DNA of 62,000 bases from Wallemia ichthyophaga EXF-994 (GCF_000400465.1 NW_008806279.1:236107-298106), one strand, 5' to 3'. Positions 24,216 through 36,900 are shown, counted from the stretch's first letter. Notes: generated from the letters alone by a model not told the origin. Numbers and translations are program-made.

Positions 24216-24235
24216 ACGCGTGATTGAAAACGCGT
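24216..24235. promoter_or_regulatory. Two MCB (ACGCGT) boxes upstream of BIR1
   Basis: ACGCGT at 24216-24221 and 24230-24235, 80-100 bp upstream of ATG 24136. Confidence 0.5.
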
Positions 24236-24784
24236 TTAGTAGATTTAATGAAATATTATAGCTCTGCAGATCTTTAGGGGTTGGCTTGTCGACTTTGGCG
24301 TGTTGTCCGAATCCGTTTGACTTTGAGTGAAGTCATCAGAAGCAGCTTTTTGGCAGAGACGGTTGGAGATGGATAGAAACGGTGACATATACGCGCACTT
24401 TCCGGCCATTTGATCTGCTTGATCGCATCTGCTTGATCGCCTCGCTCTATCCGCATAAGCGAATTCATCTGCTGCATTTTTTGAGCAGCGAATACATCCA
24501 AATAGAGTTCTGGAGGTGTTTGCGCGCAACCACAGGCCCGCGCATCTCCAGCCTCATTCTCCTCGTGCTTCTGTGCCTCAAAAAAGGTGACGCATCCATC
24601 ACGCACCAAGAAGCCAACCGAAGCAGCCTAAAGGCTCCAATATACCCTCACCCACAGCTCACAAGAACATCACAAAATTTCTGCTCCTTTTACCTCGTTA
24701 AGCCTCTTTCTTTACCACACCCAACATTCACTGTAATTCTACCACCCAGAAACCCACAGCCAGGAATACTGACACAATTCACAG

Positions 24785-26271
24785 ATGTTTAGACAACAAG
24801 CCAGCAGAGTTTTCGCTCAAGTGAGATTACCGCGCAGCTGCATCCACTCCGTCATTGACCGATCCATCAGACATCAAGTGCCAGATCTGCCGTCGCACAG
24901 CAGAAGAGATGTTTATCTATCCACGAGTACGCTGCTCAAGCCATGCTCGCCAATGGCCAAGTCAACACACCAAAATCTATCCCTGCTTTCAGCGCTGAGG
25001 AGGCTTTGGCTGCTGCAAAGAAGTTTGACAAGAACGAGCTCGTAATCAAGGTGCGTGTGGCTGCTCGTCGCGGCTTATCCGTCTAATGTACACACCAGGC
25101 TCAAGTTCTCGCTGGTGGTCGTGGTAAGGGTCACTTCAGCAACGGTCTCCAATCTGGTGTCCATCTCATCGATTCGTGCGTTTTTCTCATTTATTTTGGC
25201 CAATTCACTCGTCTAACCACCCAATCACCCCCACAGTCCTGAAAAAGCTCAAGAACTCGCTTCAAAGATGATCGGAGCCAAGCTCATCACTAAGCAAACG
25301 GGTGAAGCTGGTAAGCTCTGCTCAGCAGTTATGCTCGCTGAGCGTCGCACTCCAAAGAAGGAATACTACGCCGCTATCCTCAACGATCGCTCTTCTCTCG
25401 GTCCAGTCCTCGTCGCCTCCTCAGAAGGTGGTATGTCTATAGAAGAGGTCGCCAGAGACACCCCAGAAAAGATTGTCAAAACTCCAATCGATTTCCAAAA
25501 TGGCTTGTCACAAGCTGAAGCTTTGGATGTCGCTAAGAAGTTAGGCTTCTCTACCGAAGATGCTATCAAGCAAGCCGCCGGTATCTTCCAAAACCTCTAC
25601 AAGATCTTCAAGGAGAAGGACATGACACAAATTGAAATCAACCCTCTCGCTGAGACTGAGGATGGTGCTGTTTTGGCCATGGATGCCAAGTTCGGATTCG
25701 ACGAGAACGCTGAGTTCCGTCAAGAGGAAGTGTTTAAGCTCCGTGACACAACACAGGAAGACCCACAAGAAGTCGAAGCTGCTGAGCACGGTCTCAACTT
25801 TATCAAGCTTGATGGTAACATTGGATGTCTTGTCAACGGTGCTGGTCTTGCCATGGCAACCATGGATGTCCTCACTCATCAGGGCGGTAGTCCTGCCAAC
25901 TTCCGTGGGTTGGTTAGTTGTTGCTTGTCCTCTATACTAACTTTTACCCAGTTGACGTTGGTGGTTCAGCTACCCCAGCAGCAGTTAAGAAGGCATTCGA
26001 ACTCCTCTTGACTGAGAAGTCAGTACGTGCAATCTACGTAAATGTATTTGGTGGTATCATGCGTTGTGATATGATTGCTGAAGGTATCATCAAAGCCACT
26101 AAAGAACTTGACTTGAAGGTACCTTTAGTCGTACGTCTCCAAGGTACTAAGTCGGAAGAAGCCAGAAAACTCATCTCGGAATCTGGACTCAAAATCTTTG
26201 CTACTACTGGTCTTGACGAGGGTGCAAGACTTTCTGTTCAAAAAGCCAATGAATATGCCGCATCAAACTAA
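24785..26271 (+). CDS. LSC2: Succinyl-CoA ligase beta subunit, mitochondrial
   Basis: Multi-exon: LSIHEY, VIKAQVLAGGRGKG, QIEINPL, GNIGCLVNGAGLAMATMD and NVFGGIMRCD motifs. Confidence 0.97.
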
Positions 26272-26617
26272 ATTCTTGTAGACGAACCTAATCAATAACT
26301 ATTTCCTTTCAACATAGGCTGCATAATACACAATATACAATGCACAATAAACACACAAGAGACTTGCAAGTATAAGCGCTAATGAAAAATGAATGATGTT
26401 CAATAACACAATTCAGTTGGACGCAAGTTGCGAAGAAACTGAGATAAAATATACTTTGGGAAGTGAGTAGTACGTAGATCAATCCATGATCTCGAATTGC
26501 AAACGAGCTGAGAAATTCCTTTTATATGAGATTTTCTTGAATATTGAGGAAGGCTGTTTCGAAGAGCGACAGCCTGTCTATATAGTGTGATCAACACACA
26601 TTGCAATCATATGGCGT

Positions 26618-27025
26618 TTAGTTGAAGCTGAAGGTAACTGGAGCAACACCCTCAGATTGTGAGATACCGAGGGACTCGAAAACCTTTGGAAGGAGGTCGA
26701 TGTGGTTGCTTTCACAGCTTGGACAGCAATCGACGACTGGCGCCGAGACTGTCTGACCGTTGCTTTCAATTTGGACATTCTGGCCACTGAGTCGAAAGTG
26801 AGTGGATATAAAGAATGTACTGCTGTTAGCTTACCACATGCTTGTGCAACCCATGTTCGAGCTCACTGCAACTCCCATTTGTGAGTTGCTGAGCTGCTGT
26901 CCACATGATCCAGTGCCGCCGTTGGCTTGGTAGAATGTTGCTTGGCCGCTGTTCTGACGTGCGACAGGAGAAGCAGCTGCACCAGCAGCAATTGCGACAA
27001 CAGTAGCGATTTGTGTGAAGTACAT
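26618..27025 (-). CDS. Secreted RlpA-like double-psi beta-barrel (loosenin/expansin-like) protein A, 119 aa
   Basis: Signal peptide; GQATFY..GSCG, one 48-nt intron inside a Cys codon, VVDCCPSC..HIDL; stop TAA 26618-26620. Confidence 0.85.
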
Positions 27026-27804
27026 ATCTGCACGCCGTTAGCAATACCATGCAGCATGTGTGGCTCACCCACTTATTGTTTAGAGAGTGTTGTAAACTTG
27101 CGTCTGGCGCTTAAAAAAAGATTGAGTTGTAGCTAAAGAAGAAGGAGTTATTCACAGCTCTCTTATTTATTTGCCAGATTTTCGAGACTTCTTGACGTTG
27201 TGATTCAGATCAACTGAGTCGAGAAGCTACCGGCTGCGTGTGACAGCCGGAGCGGATGATCTTTGTTAGGTGAGCCGTTTGCCAGCTTAGCTTGCATTGC
27301 AGCCGTAGCTCAACACCATACCGTCTATGTTCCTCTCGTTGCATTTGTTCGTTAAGGTACCTTTTGTGGGGCAAGCTGCAAACTTTATGTGTGCTTTGGG
27401 TGCGCATTTGAGATACTTTATTGTATGTTATATTCATGCAGTACAATTAATTTCATTTTGGCCTCATATTGTCGCTCTTGCAGCTTAGCTGTCTGTGTAA
27501 TATATGGATCCAGAACTGCTTCCGCCAGCCACGGGCATCCGTCAACTATACTAACGATTCTTAGAACTTTCTAACAAGCAACTCAAAATCGCCGCTTACC
27601 GGGATTATTCATCGAACAGTCGACGGCTCTGTCTCACATTGCGGCCGCAAGCACACGCAATGAGTAATTGAGACATTGTATCATTGTCGCAGTATGCAAA
27701 ATGTTTATAAGACTTTACGCATAAAAACGCAGTCTTTCGAATTTTCATGGCATTTTAGGTAGCACATAAAAGTCAAAAGGTTGCTGAACAAAAAAGAAAA
27801 GAAT

Positions 27805-27885
27805 TGGTCCCTGCAGGGCTCGAACCTGCGACTTTGGAGTGATCTAATATTAGCTCCACACTCTAACCAACTGAGTTAAGAGACC
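27805..27885 (-). tRNA. tRNA-Ile (anticodon AAT) with 7-nt intron
   Basis: Cloverleaf folded by hand: acceptor GGTCTCT/AGGGACC, D arm ACTC/GAGT, anticodon stem TGGAG/CTCCA, T arm GCAGG-TTCGAGC-CCTGC. Intron TTAGATC at 27841-27847 follows position 37. Oligo-T Pol III terminator downstream. Confidence 0.95.
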
Positions 27886-28137
27886 TGTGCAAACTCTTGG
27901 TTCATACTTAAATATAAACTATCACACAAAATAAATGAGCTTGTATTCATTCAATGTCGATTTCATAAGGACTTTTGCATATTTTTTTTTTTGGATATTC
28001 TATTTTCAAAAAGCAGCTATAATGAAATTAGGCAGCCATTCAGGTTCTCGAGCAAGAAAAGCGTGGACATTGTTAGTTAAATACTGCTACTTATGAAGCA
28101 AATGATTCGATCATCAGAAGCAGCGCAGGGGGGGGTG

Positions 28138-28243
28138 GGCGGTAAGAAGGCATATAGATAGACGAATATTATTAATTACTGTAACGCTTTTGACTATATA
28201 TTATGATTTCTATCTATCTATCGGCAAGATGGCGGTAAGAAGG
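28138..28243 (+). repeat. 13-bp direct repeat GGCGGTAAGAAGG x2
   Basis: Copies at 28138-28150 and 28231-28243 in AT-rich intergenic DNA. Confidence 0.8.
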
Positions 28244-29914
28244 TGATAGGAGGTCTTACGAAGTAATTCGTGCACTAAATGCAGTCCAAAAGTATTCTTT
28301 CAGCCACTGGGACTCTTCAGGGAAATATTTATCGCATTGAATTGTAAACACTCTATACTTCCCGCGACTCACTTCCTTATCTGCAGTGATGATCAGAATC
28401 AGCAAATTTCAGACGTTGCCCCTGGGGCTCATATCTGCGAAAACTAAATTTCTTTTTGGCTGGGATAGTGGCTCAATTAGCCTCATTTGTGCAGGTTTCT
28501 TCGACTTCATATTATACGATCTTCACCTCAGTGGGCCGCTAACCAAGGTTAATCAAACCATCTCAAGAAAGGAAATTGATTTCATGTAAAAAATTGAGTA
28601 AGATCCTTTTCCAATCTGAAGAAATTTGAGGACCGTAACGATGAGAAAGATCTGATCGTTTGTAAAGGCGGGTTCTCGATACTAATGAGGAAAAATTCTA
28701 CTCCGAAATGTTAGTCTGCGGTCTTGTTTTCCTGCTTTGAAAACGCTGTGTTTTGACTTTGGCATGGTATCGTTGGATGACGAGAACTCGGCGACATTGA
28801 TCTCTTGAACTGAATGTACACACAAATTAGGCAAAACAATGGTGTTTAATAATTGGTCCTACATGGTCCAGGATCAATACTTGATTCATATTGAGAAATT
28901 GTTTGACCAGCATGAAGACGGTACAGTAGTGTTCTGGGAAGATAGTGGCACACTCTCTAAGAGTATGACTCCTCTTTGTCCCCATTGCAAAATGGTGCCG
29001 TAGTCTATTCTAAGTCTCCATTCAGAGGTAACAAGACAACGATATAGCCTCATCTTAATGGCTTAAGAACACTTACGCAAGTCGATGTAGATGCGATGTG
29101 GTTGAAACGCAGAGCCTTACTTCGGGAAAGCGATTTCAGAAGTGAGACATGTCCGCAGAGCGCGCAACCTCGAGTACGATCTCTGAAGGCTTCGCCTCCG
29201 CCTCCATGTCAATTGCCACAGCCGATGCGCACATTGCGCCCTCGCAAATCGAAGACAGCGTACACGTCCAGAGTTGAGGAAGATAGTGAGGATGAGGTAA
29301 TTGAACAAGATAATTAAGGCTCAGAATACACTGGTGGAAGTGACTATGAGAAAGAAAATTGAATGAGGCTTTCGAAACTTACCTCTCTGCATTATTTTTT
29401 TACTCTTTGATAAAGCGCATCAATGGTACCTAAATTTTTAAGCGCAATAATGTATCATTAAGCAATGGATCTTTGAACTCTTCAGCTTGTTTAATCTAAT
29501 ACTTCCGTAATTACCTGCTTGCGTGTCTTCTCACTTTCCAAATTGGGCTTTACATACGGCGTCTATTACCAACATCCAAATCCGTATGCTGTATACCCGC
29601 TCGGAAACAAGTAAATTAATTACTAGATTCAATTAGCACTAGCGAAGACAATATACATATGACGTTCTGATCATCTCTGTGATGCATTGTCTGCTTTTGA
29701 GCTATCATTGGCGCTGGTTTAGGAGATGTATGCCTTTGATTTTTCCAAATATCTTAATTGGGCCTTAGAACATTCCATGTATCTAATATAAGTGGAATCA
29801 TTAATTATACTCTTCTGTGCAAACAGTCTCTTCAGATCATTGTCTTAGGTTAAATCCAGTGCGTATGTATGCTACTTAAGAGTTTATCAGGCTCACTATC
29901 GTTGCTTCAAAGAT

Positions 29915-30359
29915 ATGCAGTTTGCACATATTATCACAATTGCAGGGTTGGCTGCTGGAGTTATCGCTGCTCCTGTCAATGGGCAAAAAGCAACGTTTTA
30001 CAATGTGAGTATACGTACTGCCTTTTTCCTGTCTAAACAAACGCATCAGGCCTCTGTTGGAATTGGTGCATGTGGAAGACAACTTGACGAGTCCGACATG
30101 GGTGTGGCTTTGAGCACTGAAATGAACTGCAAAGCGTTTTGGTAAGTCTTTCCGAAAAATTGAAGCCTCCAATTAAAATTCAAATGAAAGCGGAATGAAT
30201 GTCGAAATCAATAGCAATGGGAACACAATTTCAGCACCTGTTGTCGATTGCTGCCCGGGTTGCAACAGTGATCACATAGACGTAACCCCAAATATCTTTG
30301 AGTCTCTTAATATCCCCAAGTCTGAGGGTGTCGCAGATGTCTCATTTTTTCTAGGCTAA
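29915..30359 (+). CDS. Secreted RlpA-like double-psi beta-barrel (loosenin/expansin-like) protein B, 116 aa
   Basis: Signal peptide; KATFYN|ASVGIGACG, introns of 45 and 49 nt, VVDCCPGC..HIDV. Clear paralogue of 26618-27025. Confidence 0.85.
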
Positions 30360-31944
30360 CTGGAAATGACGTTCTCTTTCTAGCAAATCACTTGCGCAAT
30401 AGAAGACGACCATCCGCAGACCATCTCCATCTTTACCAGGAAAAGAGTAAAGCGAGTTAACAAAGCATCAGATTGGAATGCTATGTTTCCTAAAAACTTT
30501 GTGCAATACACATTTATGCAGAATACGCGTTGAGAAAACAATGACTGCTTGGCAAGATGTGTTTACAAGAAGCCCCCTCGGAAATTGCGGATGCATCTAT
30601 TTGTTTTTTAACCTGTTTCTACATTTTCCATTTCGCACCATACGCCGTCCTCGTCATCCATTGTTCGCAATGTCCCAAACCATCGAGTATAATTCTATAG
30701 ACTCTTAACAAAAAAGCCCAATGTATTTGCCAGTCTTATTCACGCCAAATCCATCTTCTTCCCTGATCTGGAACCAAGGAATGGCATGTTTGAATCCAAG
30801 CTGAGTGTTAGTGGTGCGAATATGGCCAATTCTGATAACTATCTGTAACAATGAATATTTGAGAGTTATATAGCTGTGTACGATATATGAGGCGTTGTGC
30901 AGAGCCCTAATCACCCTCAAGAAGCTCTGATACCTAGTAAAGTCATCTCATAAGCCAATTAATGTCCCAAAAATGGAAGTCTGCATTTAAATGCTTCTGA
31001 GAGTCTAAAGCATCCTCAATCACTCCTCTACCCCCATCATTTGAAATCTTGAAATGCACACTGTTCAGAAGCCAAACTCCCAATTTCAGAGTTGGCCTGA
31101 CCCCCACTTTTCTTTACATGAATTGCATCTAATTGGTATGCTACGATCGCATGTATAGTACTTTTTTCCTTGGAGCTAGCATTAAGTCCTGTGGACGCTA
31201 CTTTTCAGAAAACATAAATCGCGTCTAAAAGGATGAATCCGTGAAATATTGGGAGCTGGTCTTTATCGGCTAGCCATACTTGTTTTTATCAGTGATGCAT
31301 GTACAATACTCCATATCTACCCTTAAGCGTGCTCCAGAGCCATTTCAGATTAAAACTTCCAAACAGCCTACAGGGCGCCATTGGTACCTCAGAGATAAAA
31401 TTCTGGCTTAATCTTAAAAAGATCATTCAGAAGTATATTTAAAGCCTTTTTAATTGGATATTAACAATACTCGTAAATCAGCCATCTGAGATGAAATAGG
31501 TATTAGTCGGGAAATCCAACTCGGTGGGAATTGAGCAGAGGACTGATATGCAGACGTATTTGTAATTATGAAGATACTATGGAAATTATGGTGTTGCTGA
31601 ATCTTTCAAATTGTCAGTACACAGTATCCCTGTATCCGTCTTCTCACTTGCTTGGTTTTTCAGGGTACTTCGAGCAGATATTATTAATAGAATAACCGAT
31701 TAATGTTTCAAGTGTTCAATAGTTTCAAAAAAAAGTAGCTAACGTACCCTTTAAAGTCATTAACACATCTTGAAGTCATCACAGTGACATAGAGCCGAGT
31801 CGTAAATTTGGTGGTGCGGTGCAACCATAATATTGAGCATCACAATAAAATATATAAAGTATTACGAGAAAAGTTATCAAAAAGGTAAACATTCAATGAA
31901 AAAGTACAAATTATCCGAGTGATATCATCGACTCTGTGCGCACC

Positions 31945-32312
31945 TTAAACAAGTGGAATTGGAGAGCAGTTGATGTTGATGAGACCGTTTTGGGTGGTAC
32001 CTTCACAACAGCTGGTGGTAGTCTTACACATATCTTGAATGGCAACACTGAGGACAGGTACTTGGCTACATTGGAGACCAACTTGACCAAGAAGTTCTGG
32101 GATATCTATGAGAGAGGCAGTTCCTTCGTCGAGATCCTTGACGTCCTTGATTTCGTTACTGACGTTTGTGTTAGGTACGAACTCCTGAGCGAAAAAGATC
32201 AATATACTCACCAGCACTTGACGTTTTCGACGGCACAGTCACCGACCTTCTCAGTAGCGAAGACGGCACCAGCGAGGGAAGCAATGAGAGCGATTGAGGT
32301 AGCACGAGTCAT
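31945..32312 (-). CDS. Class I hydrophobin, 104 aa
   Basis: Signal peptide; 53-nt intron 32159-32211. The eight cysteines are spaced C-X6-CC-X29-C-X13-C-X5-CC-X12-C. Confidence 0.93.
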
Positions 32313-32743
32313 GTTGATGGAAGATGTAGTTGTTGATGAAAAGAGGAGATCATACTGGTGCGTTTCTTATTTCGCAGCTACGGCGATATTTGCGAACATG
32401 AATTGCTTGTTCATTTCCATTTAAGGCGCTGAATGCAATTGAAACAACTAATTTGCGTTCAATTGAGTCACGCATTTGGTATTTTAATAAAGGAATTAAT
32501 TCTGGGCTTTGAGCCTTAATTAAATGCTACATTAAAAAGCATCCACTGAACGTAGCAAAAAAAGCCCTAATGAATGTATACCTACGCTGTCGGCAGCGTG
32601 TTGAGAACTGGAAGGACGGATATAAAAATTATATTCACATGTTATGTTACAGTCTAGTCAAAGAGTGTGGAAAAATAGACAAAATTTGGCGTGTACCGGG
32701 TAAATATTTGATACGGTGCTCTTTCGAAGTGAGTGAGTGAGTG

Positions 32744-33878
32744 ATGATAAGATTCGCGGGGTTAGCAAGGCCGCACAAAAGCTGCCATACGAGCTTGTTG
32801 CTGAAACTGCGCGTAAAGTCGCGTCTTAGTTCTACGACACCAGCCAACGCGGCACAGCCCAAAGAGTCTGTCATCCTCCGCAATCTTCCTACCAAATGGA
32901 GACCATATTTCCTCTTATCCAGAGCAGACAAGCCAATCGGAAGCTTCCTGCTATTCTGGCCATGTGGTGAGCCTTCCCCTAAGTCACTGCGTTTTCCATC
33001 TCAACTATTGCAGCATGGTCTATCACTCTTGCCTCGAGTGCAACGCAAACGACTCCGACAGAGATGCTCAAATACATCGCACTGTTTGGCACTGGCTCTC
33101 TTATTATGAGAGGCGCTGGATGCGTGATCAACGATCTCTGGGATCGTAAACTAGACGCAGCAGTCGAGCGCACAAAGACAAGACCTTTAGCTGCAGGTGA
33201 TTTGACTCCCACTCAGGCAGTGGGATTCTTGGGATTGCAGTTATCAGCCGGTCTGGGTATTCTTACTCAACTGAACGTGTACAGGTGGGTGCAAGACTGA
33301 CTCTCACATATCTCTAAATAGATGATAGCATTCTGCTCGGTGCATCATCGCTCTCTCTTGTCTCTATCTACCCCTTCATGAAGCGTATCACATACTGGCC
33401 GCAAGCCGTGCTCGGATTGGCATTTAACTGGGGTGCTCTACTAGGTTACTCAGCTATCGCGGGATCATGCGCCTGGCAGACTGTACTGCCACTCTACACT
33501 GGTGCATTCTGTTGGACAATCGTCTATGACACCATCTACGCACATCAAGACAAAACGGACGACGTATACGCAGGTATAAAGTCAACGGCGCTTCTCTTTG
33601 GCGAGCAGACTAAACCTGCTCTCACACTCTTCTCGGGTGGTTTCGTCGGTCTCATGTCTGTCGCTGGTTATGCCGCTGATGCTACCCTTCCCTTCTATCT
33701 TCTGGCGCCTGGCGGTGCAGCTGTCCACTTAGCATGGCAACTCAGAACAGTCAATCTTGATAACCCCACCGACTGCTGGGCAAAGTTTGTCAGTAATTCT
33801 AAACTGGGTGGTTTCATTTGGCTAGGTACGCTCGCCGACTACCTTCATAGAATGGGTTTCTTCGCTGTTTTCTTTTAG
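32744..33878 (+). CDS. COQ2: 4-hydroxybenzoate polyprenyltransferase
   Basis: [32 protein letters not shown] and [13 protein letters not shown] UbiA motifs; two introns. Confidence 0.96.
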
Positions 33879-33968
33879 ATATATATACATTGTCATATCA
33901 ATAGTTGTACTTCAGCTCCTCTAAGGAACATGATTTCATAAGTTAACTTTATACATTACTTTTTCCTT

Positions 33969-36900
33969 TTAGAGCACGCTGTAGCGACCCATTGTTTGGT
34001 TTTTGCCGTCGAACTCAAGGGCTGCTTGTGTAGCTTCAATAAGTATCGACTTAATTGAACGTACTGCCTTTTCGACCTGTACTTCTGGGTAAGCCATAGG
34101 ACGCACTGCAACACAATACTTACCCTCTCCGGTTCGTTCGACTCAACTAGCAAGTGCAGCTTCGGATGCTCGCTCAGTGCTGGTTCTTTACCAGCTTCGT
34201 AATAGATACCCTTGTTAGTGATCGAGCATCCAGTTGTCTCATTGAGATAGACAATAGTTTCCTTGTTGGTGATCTTCCATCTTGCACGCTGATGATAGTC
34301 ATTGATTGGTACGATCGCATGATAATCGGTAGCATCAGGATCTTTGTTCTTAATCGGACCGTTAGGTGGCGGCGCAGCAGCTGCGCCACGTTGCATACTA
34401 ATCTTAGCCGCAACAGCAGCAGCTTTCGCGACTGCGGAGTTAGCGTTTTCTGGTTTAATGTCGCTAGTGTCGGGTGTAGATGCAGATGCAGCACCAGTAT
34501 TGAGTGGCTTATAATCAGCAGGTGCTGGACCCTTCTGGATTTTGATCTCACCAAACATATCTTCTGTCTCTTTGGATACTTTCTCATTTGTAGCTGCGTT
34601 CGTATTGCCATCCTTTTTAACTTCCTCCTCTTCGCCGTAGGCACTTCTCTGCGCTTTTTCGAGGTCTTGACGCTCCTTCTCGAATCTGTCAAGACCCTTA
34701 CCACCAAATCCTGAGCCGGCTACTGTCGCTTTGCCCTCCTTCACCTTCATCAGGAATGCTTCGGACATGGCTTTCAGCTCGGAGGGTACATTTGCACCCG
34801 ATGCTGTGAGAGCTTTCTCAATATCAACGGAATATTTCTCTTGTTCTGGTGTAATAAAGGTGATGCACGTGCCTTTGTTTCCTGCTCTACCAGTTCGACC
34901 AGCTCTGTGAACATAATCCTCTAGATGATTCGGTGTGTCGTAGTTTAATACTAATTTCAGCAACTTTACGTCTAATCCTCTCGCTGCGACCGAAGTGGCT
35001 ATCACTATTGGTATAACTCCATTTTTGAAGTCTGTGATGGCCTGATCTCTATCCACCTGATCTTTTCCACCGTGTAAACTCATCGCTACGTATCCTTTCA
35101 TACGTAAATTGAATAGCAAGTTGTCAGCTGCTTCCTGTCTATCGACGAAGATGAGTGTTCTAGCATCATCATCTTCATTGTATGTCTGTCCAAGTACTTC
35201 TAGCAGTCTGTTGAACTTGGAAGACTCTTCTCTAACTTCAACCTGCTGGTCAATTTCAGGCGCGACAACAGATCTACCACCAACAGTAATCTCTAGTGGC
35301 CTTTGCAGAATTTTTCTAGCTAGTGACTCCATCTGTTTCGGGAAAGTAGCTGAAAATAGGACTGTCTGTCTGTCTGGTCGGACATTATTGATAATCTTCA
35401 TTACCTGTGGCTCGAAACCCATATCAAACATTCTGTCAGCTTCGTCGAGTACCAAATACGTAGTTCTGCGCAAATTGGTAACTCTGCCAGAGTTTGCAGT
35501 CAACAGATCAATCATACGACCAGGAGTACAGACAACGATCTCTGCACCTTTCTTCATCTCTGCTATTTGTTCACTGATTGGTGAACCACCATATGCTGCA
35601 ATTGCCCTCAAACCCAATGCTTTGAGGAACGGCTTACATTCACGATGGATCTGTACGGCGAGTTCTCTGGTTGGCGTCATTATCACACCTATTGGACCCT
35701 CCAGATTCTCAATTGGACGCTGATCTTTTATGTGACGGAAAAGTGGCAGCAAGAAGGCTATTGTTTTACCAGAACCGGTCTTGGCAACACCAATGACATC
35801 CCTACCACTCATGATAGCCGGCAAAGCTTGAGATTGTATGGATGACGGCTGCTCATACTGAAGGAACTTGATCACCTCGAGACAGGATGAAGGCAAACCG
35901 AGTAACGACCATTTGGTCACTGGCTTTGGACACTCAACACCACGAATTTTAATACCGTCGAGAATTAAACGCTGATTGTCAGCCTCTTCTTCTGACATAT
36001 TTTGCACTTCAGATGGTGGATTGTAGAATTGCTTCCTAAATGGCTCGTATTGAACTTTGTCATGATCAGTGACGGCGATCTCTTTCCGTTTGACTCTGCT
36101 AGCCGCTAAAGCTAGAATATCTTCAGCTGACATTTTGGAAACATCCTCCTCCTTCTTCTCCTCTTCCTCTTCATCGTCTGCGTCGTCAAAACGAGCAGCT
36201 GTAGTTGAAGAGTTTGAAACATCACCCATACGCTTCTTGTCAGACTCGTTGACGCGGCTAACCTCACTTTTAACACCGCTCATGAAAGCATCGAGTGGGT
36301 CTTCATCTTCCTCCTCTTGAGCAGCTTCGTCAACGTCCATCTTGTCACCTTTATCAGCTTGATCCTCAGTTGACTCTAAATCGCCGCCGATATTTTCAGT
36401 TGGTGCTGAGGATTGTACTGGTGGTAAAGTGTGCATAGCTAAGCCGCTTGACTCTTCGTCATCGTCCATAGTCGCAGCTTTTGTGGTGATGTTGCGATTT
36501 GTGAAGCCTTTCAATCCTAAAGAGATGGGTTTTTGTGATGAAGCCTGTTGAGATGGATTGTTCGGAGGAATGGGAGATGCAGTGGCTGATGGGCCTGGAG
36601 ACTGACTTGCGCCATCTTTAGCCTTTGCAGCTTTACGAGCAGCCAAGAAGGCTTCCATGCGCTTCTTTCTGTCTTCTGTCTTTTCTTTAGGTTGTGAGGC
36701 AGCCTCTGCAGGCTTATCCGGGAGTCTATCGCTTCTGTCACGTCTATCGGAGCGTGGGGGTGACCTGGAAGAATGATGAATGGGAAAGATAAGCTGGGCT
36801 GTTAATCAGCTCACCTTGACCTCATCCTGTGCCTATCTCTGTTGCGTCTATCTCTATCTCTATCTCTCTCCCTTTCTCTCTCGCGCTCACGTCTGTCACG

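Noticed and set aside
24245-24792. Three overlapping 94-136 aa ORFs between BIR1 and LSC2
   Set aside because: None has recognisable motifs or supporting splice signals; the region is explainable as a divergent promoter.
27230-27655. Small palindromes CCGGCTG..CAGCCGG and TTGCGGCCGCAA
   Set aside because: Too short to exceed chance in 62 kb and not associated with another feature.
31936-32424. 162-aa plus-strand ORF
   Set aside because: Exact antisense of the hydrophobin, which has a signal peptide, an intron and the eight-Cys pattern.
26300-32700. Transposon or viral insertion as cause of the island
   Set aside because: No transposase, RT or integrase motifs, LTRs or terminal inverted repeats could be identified by eye.
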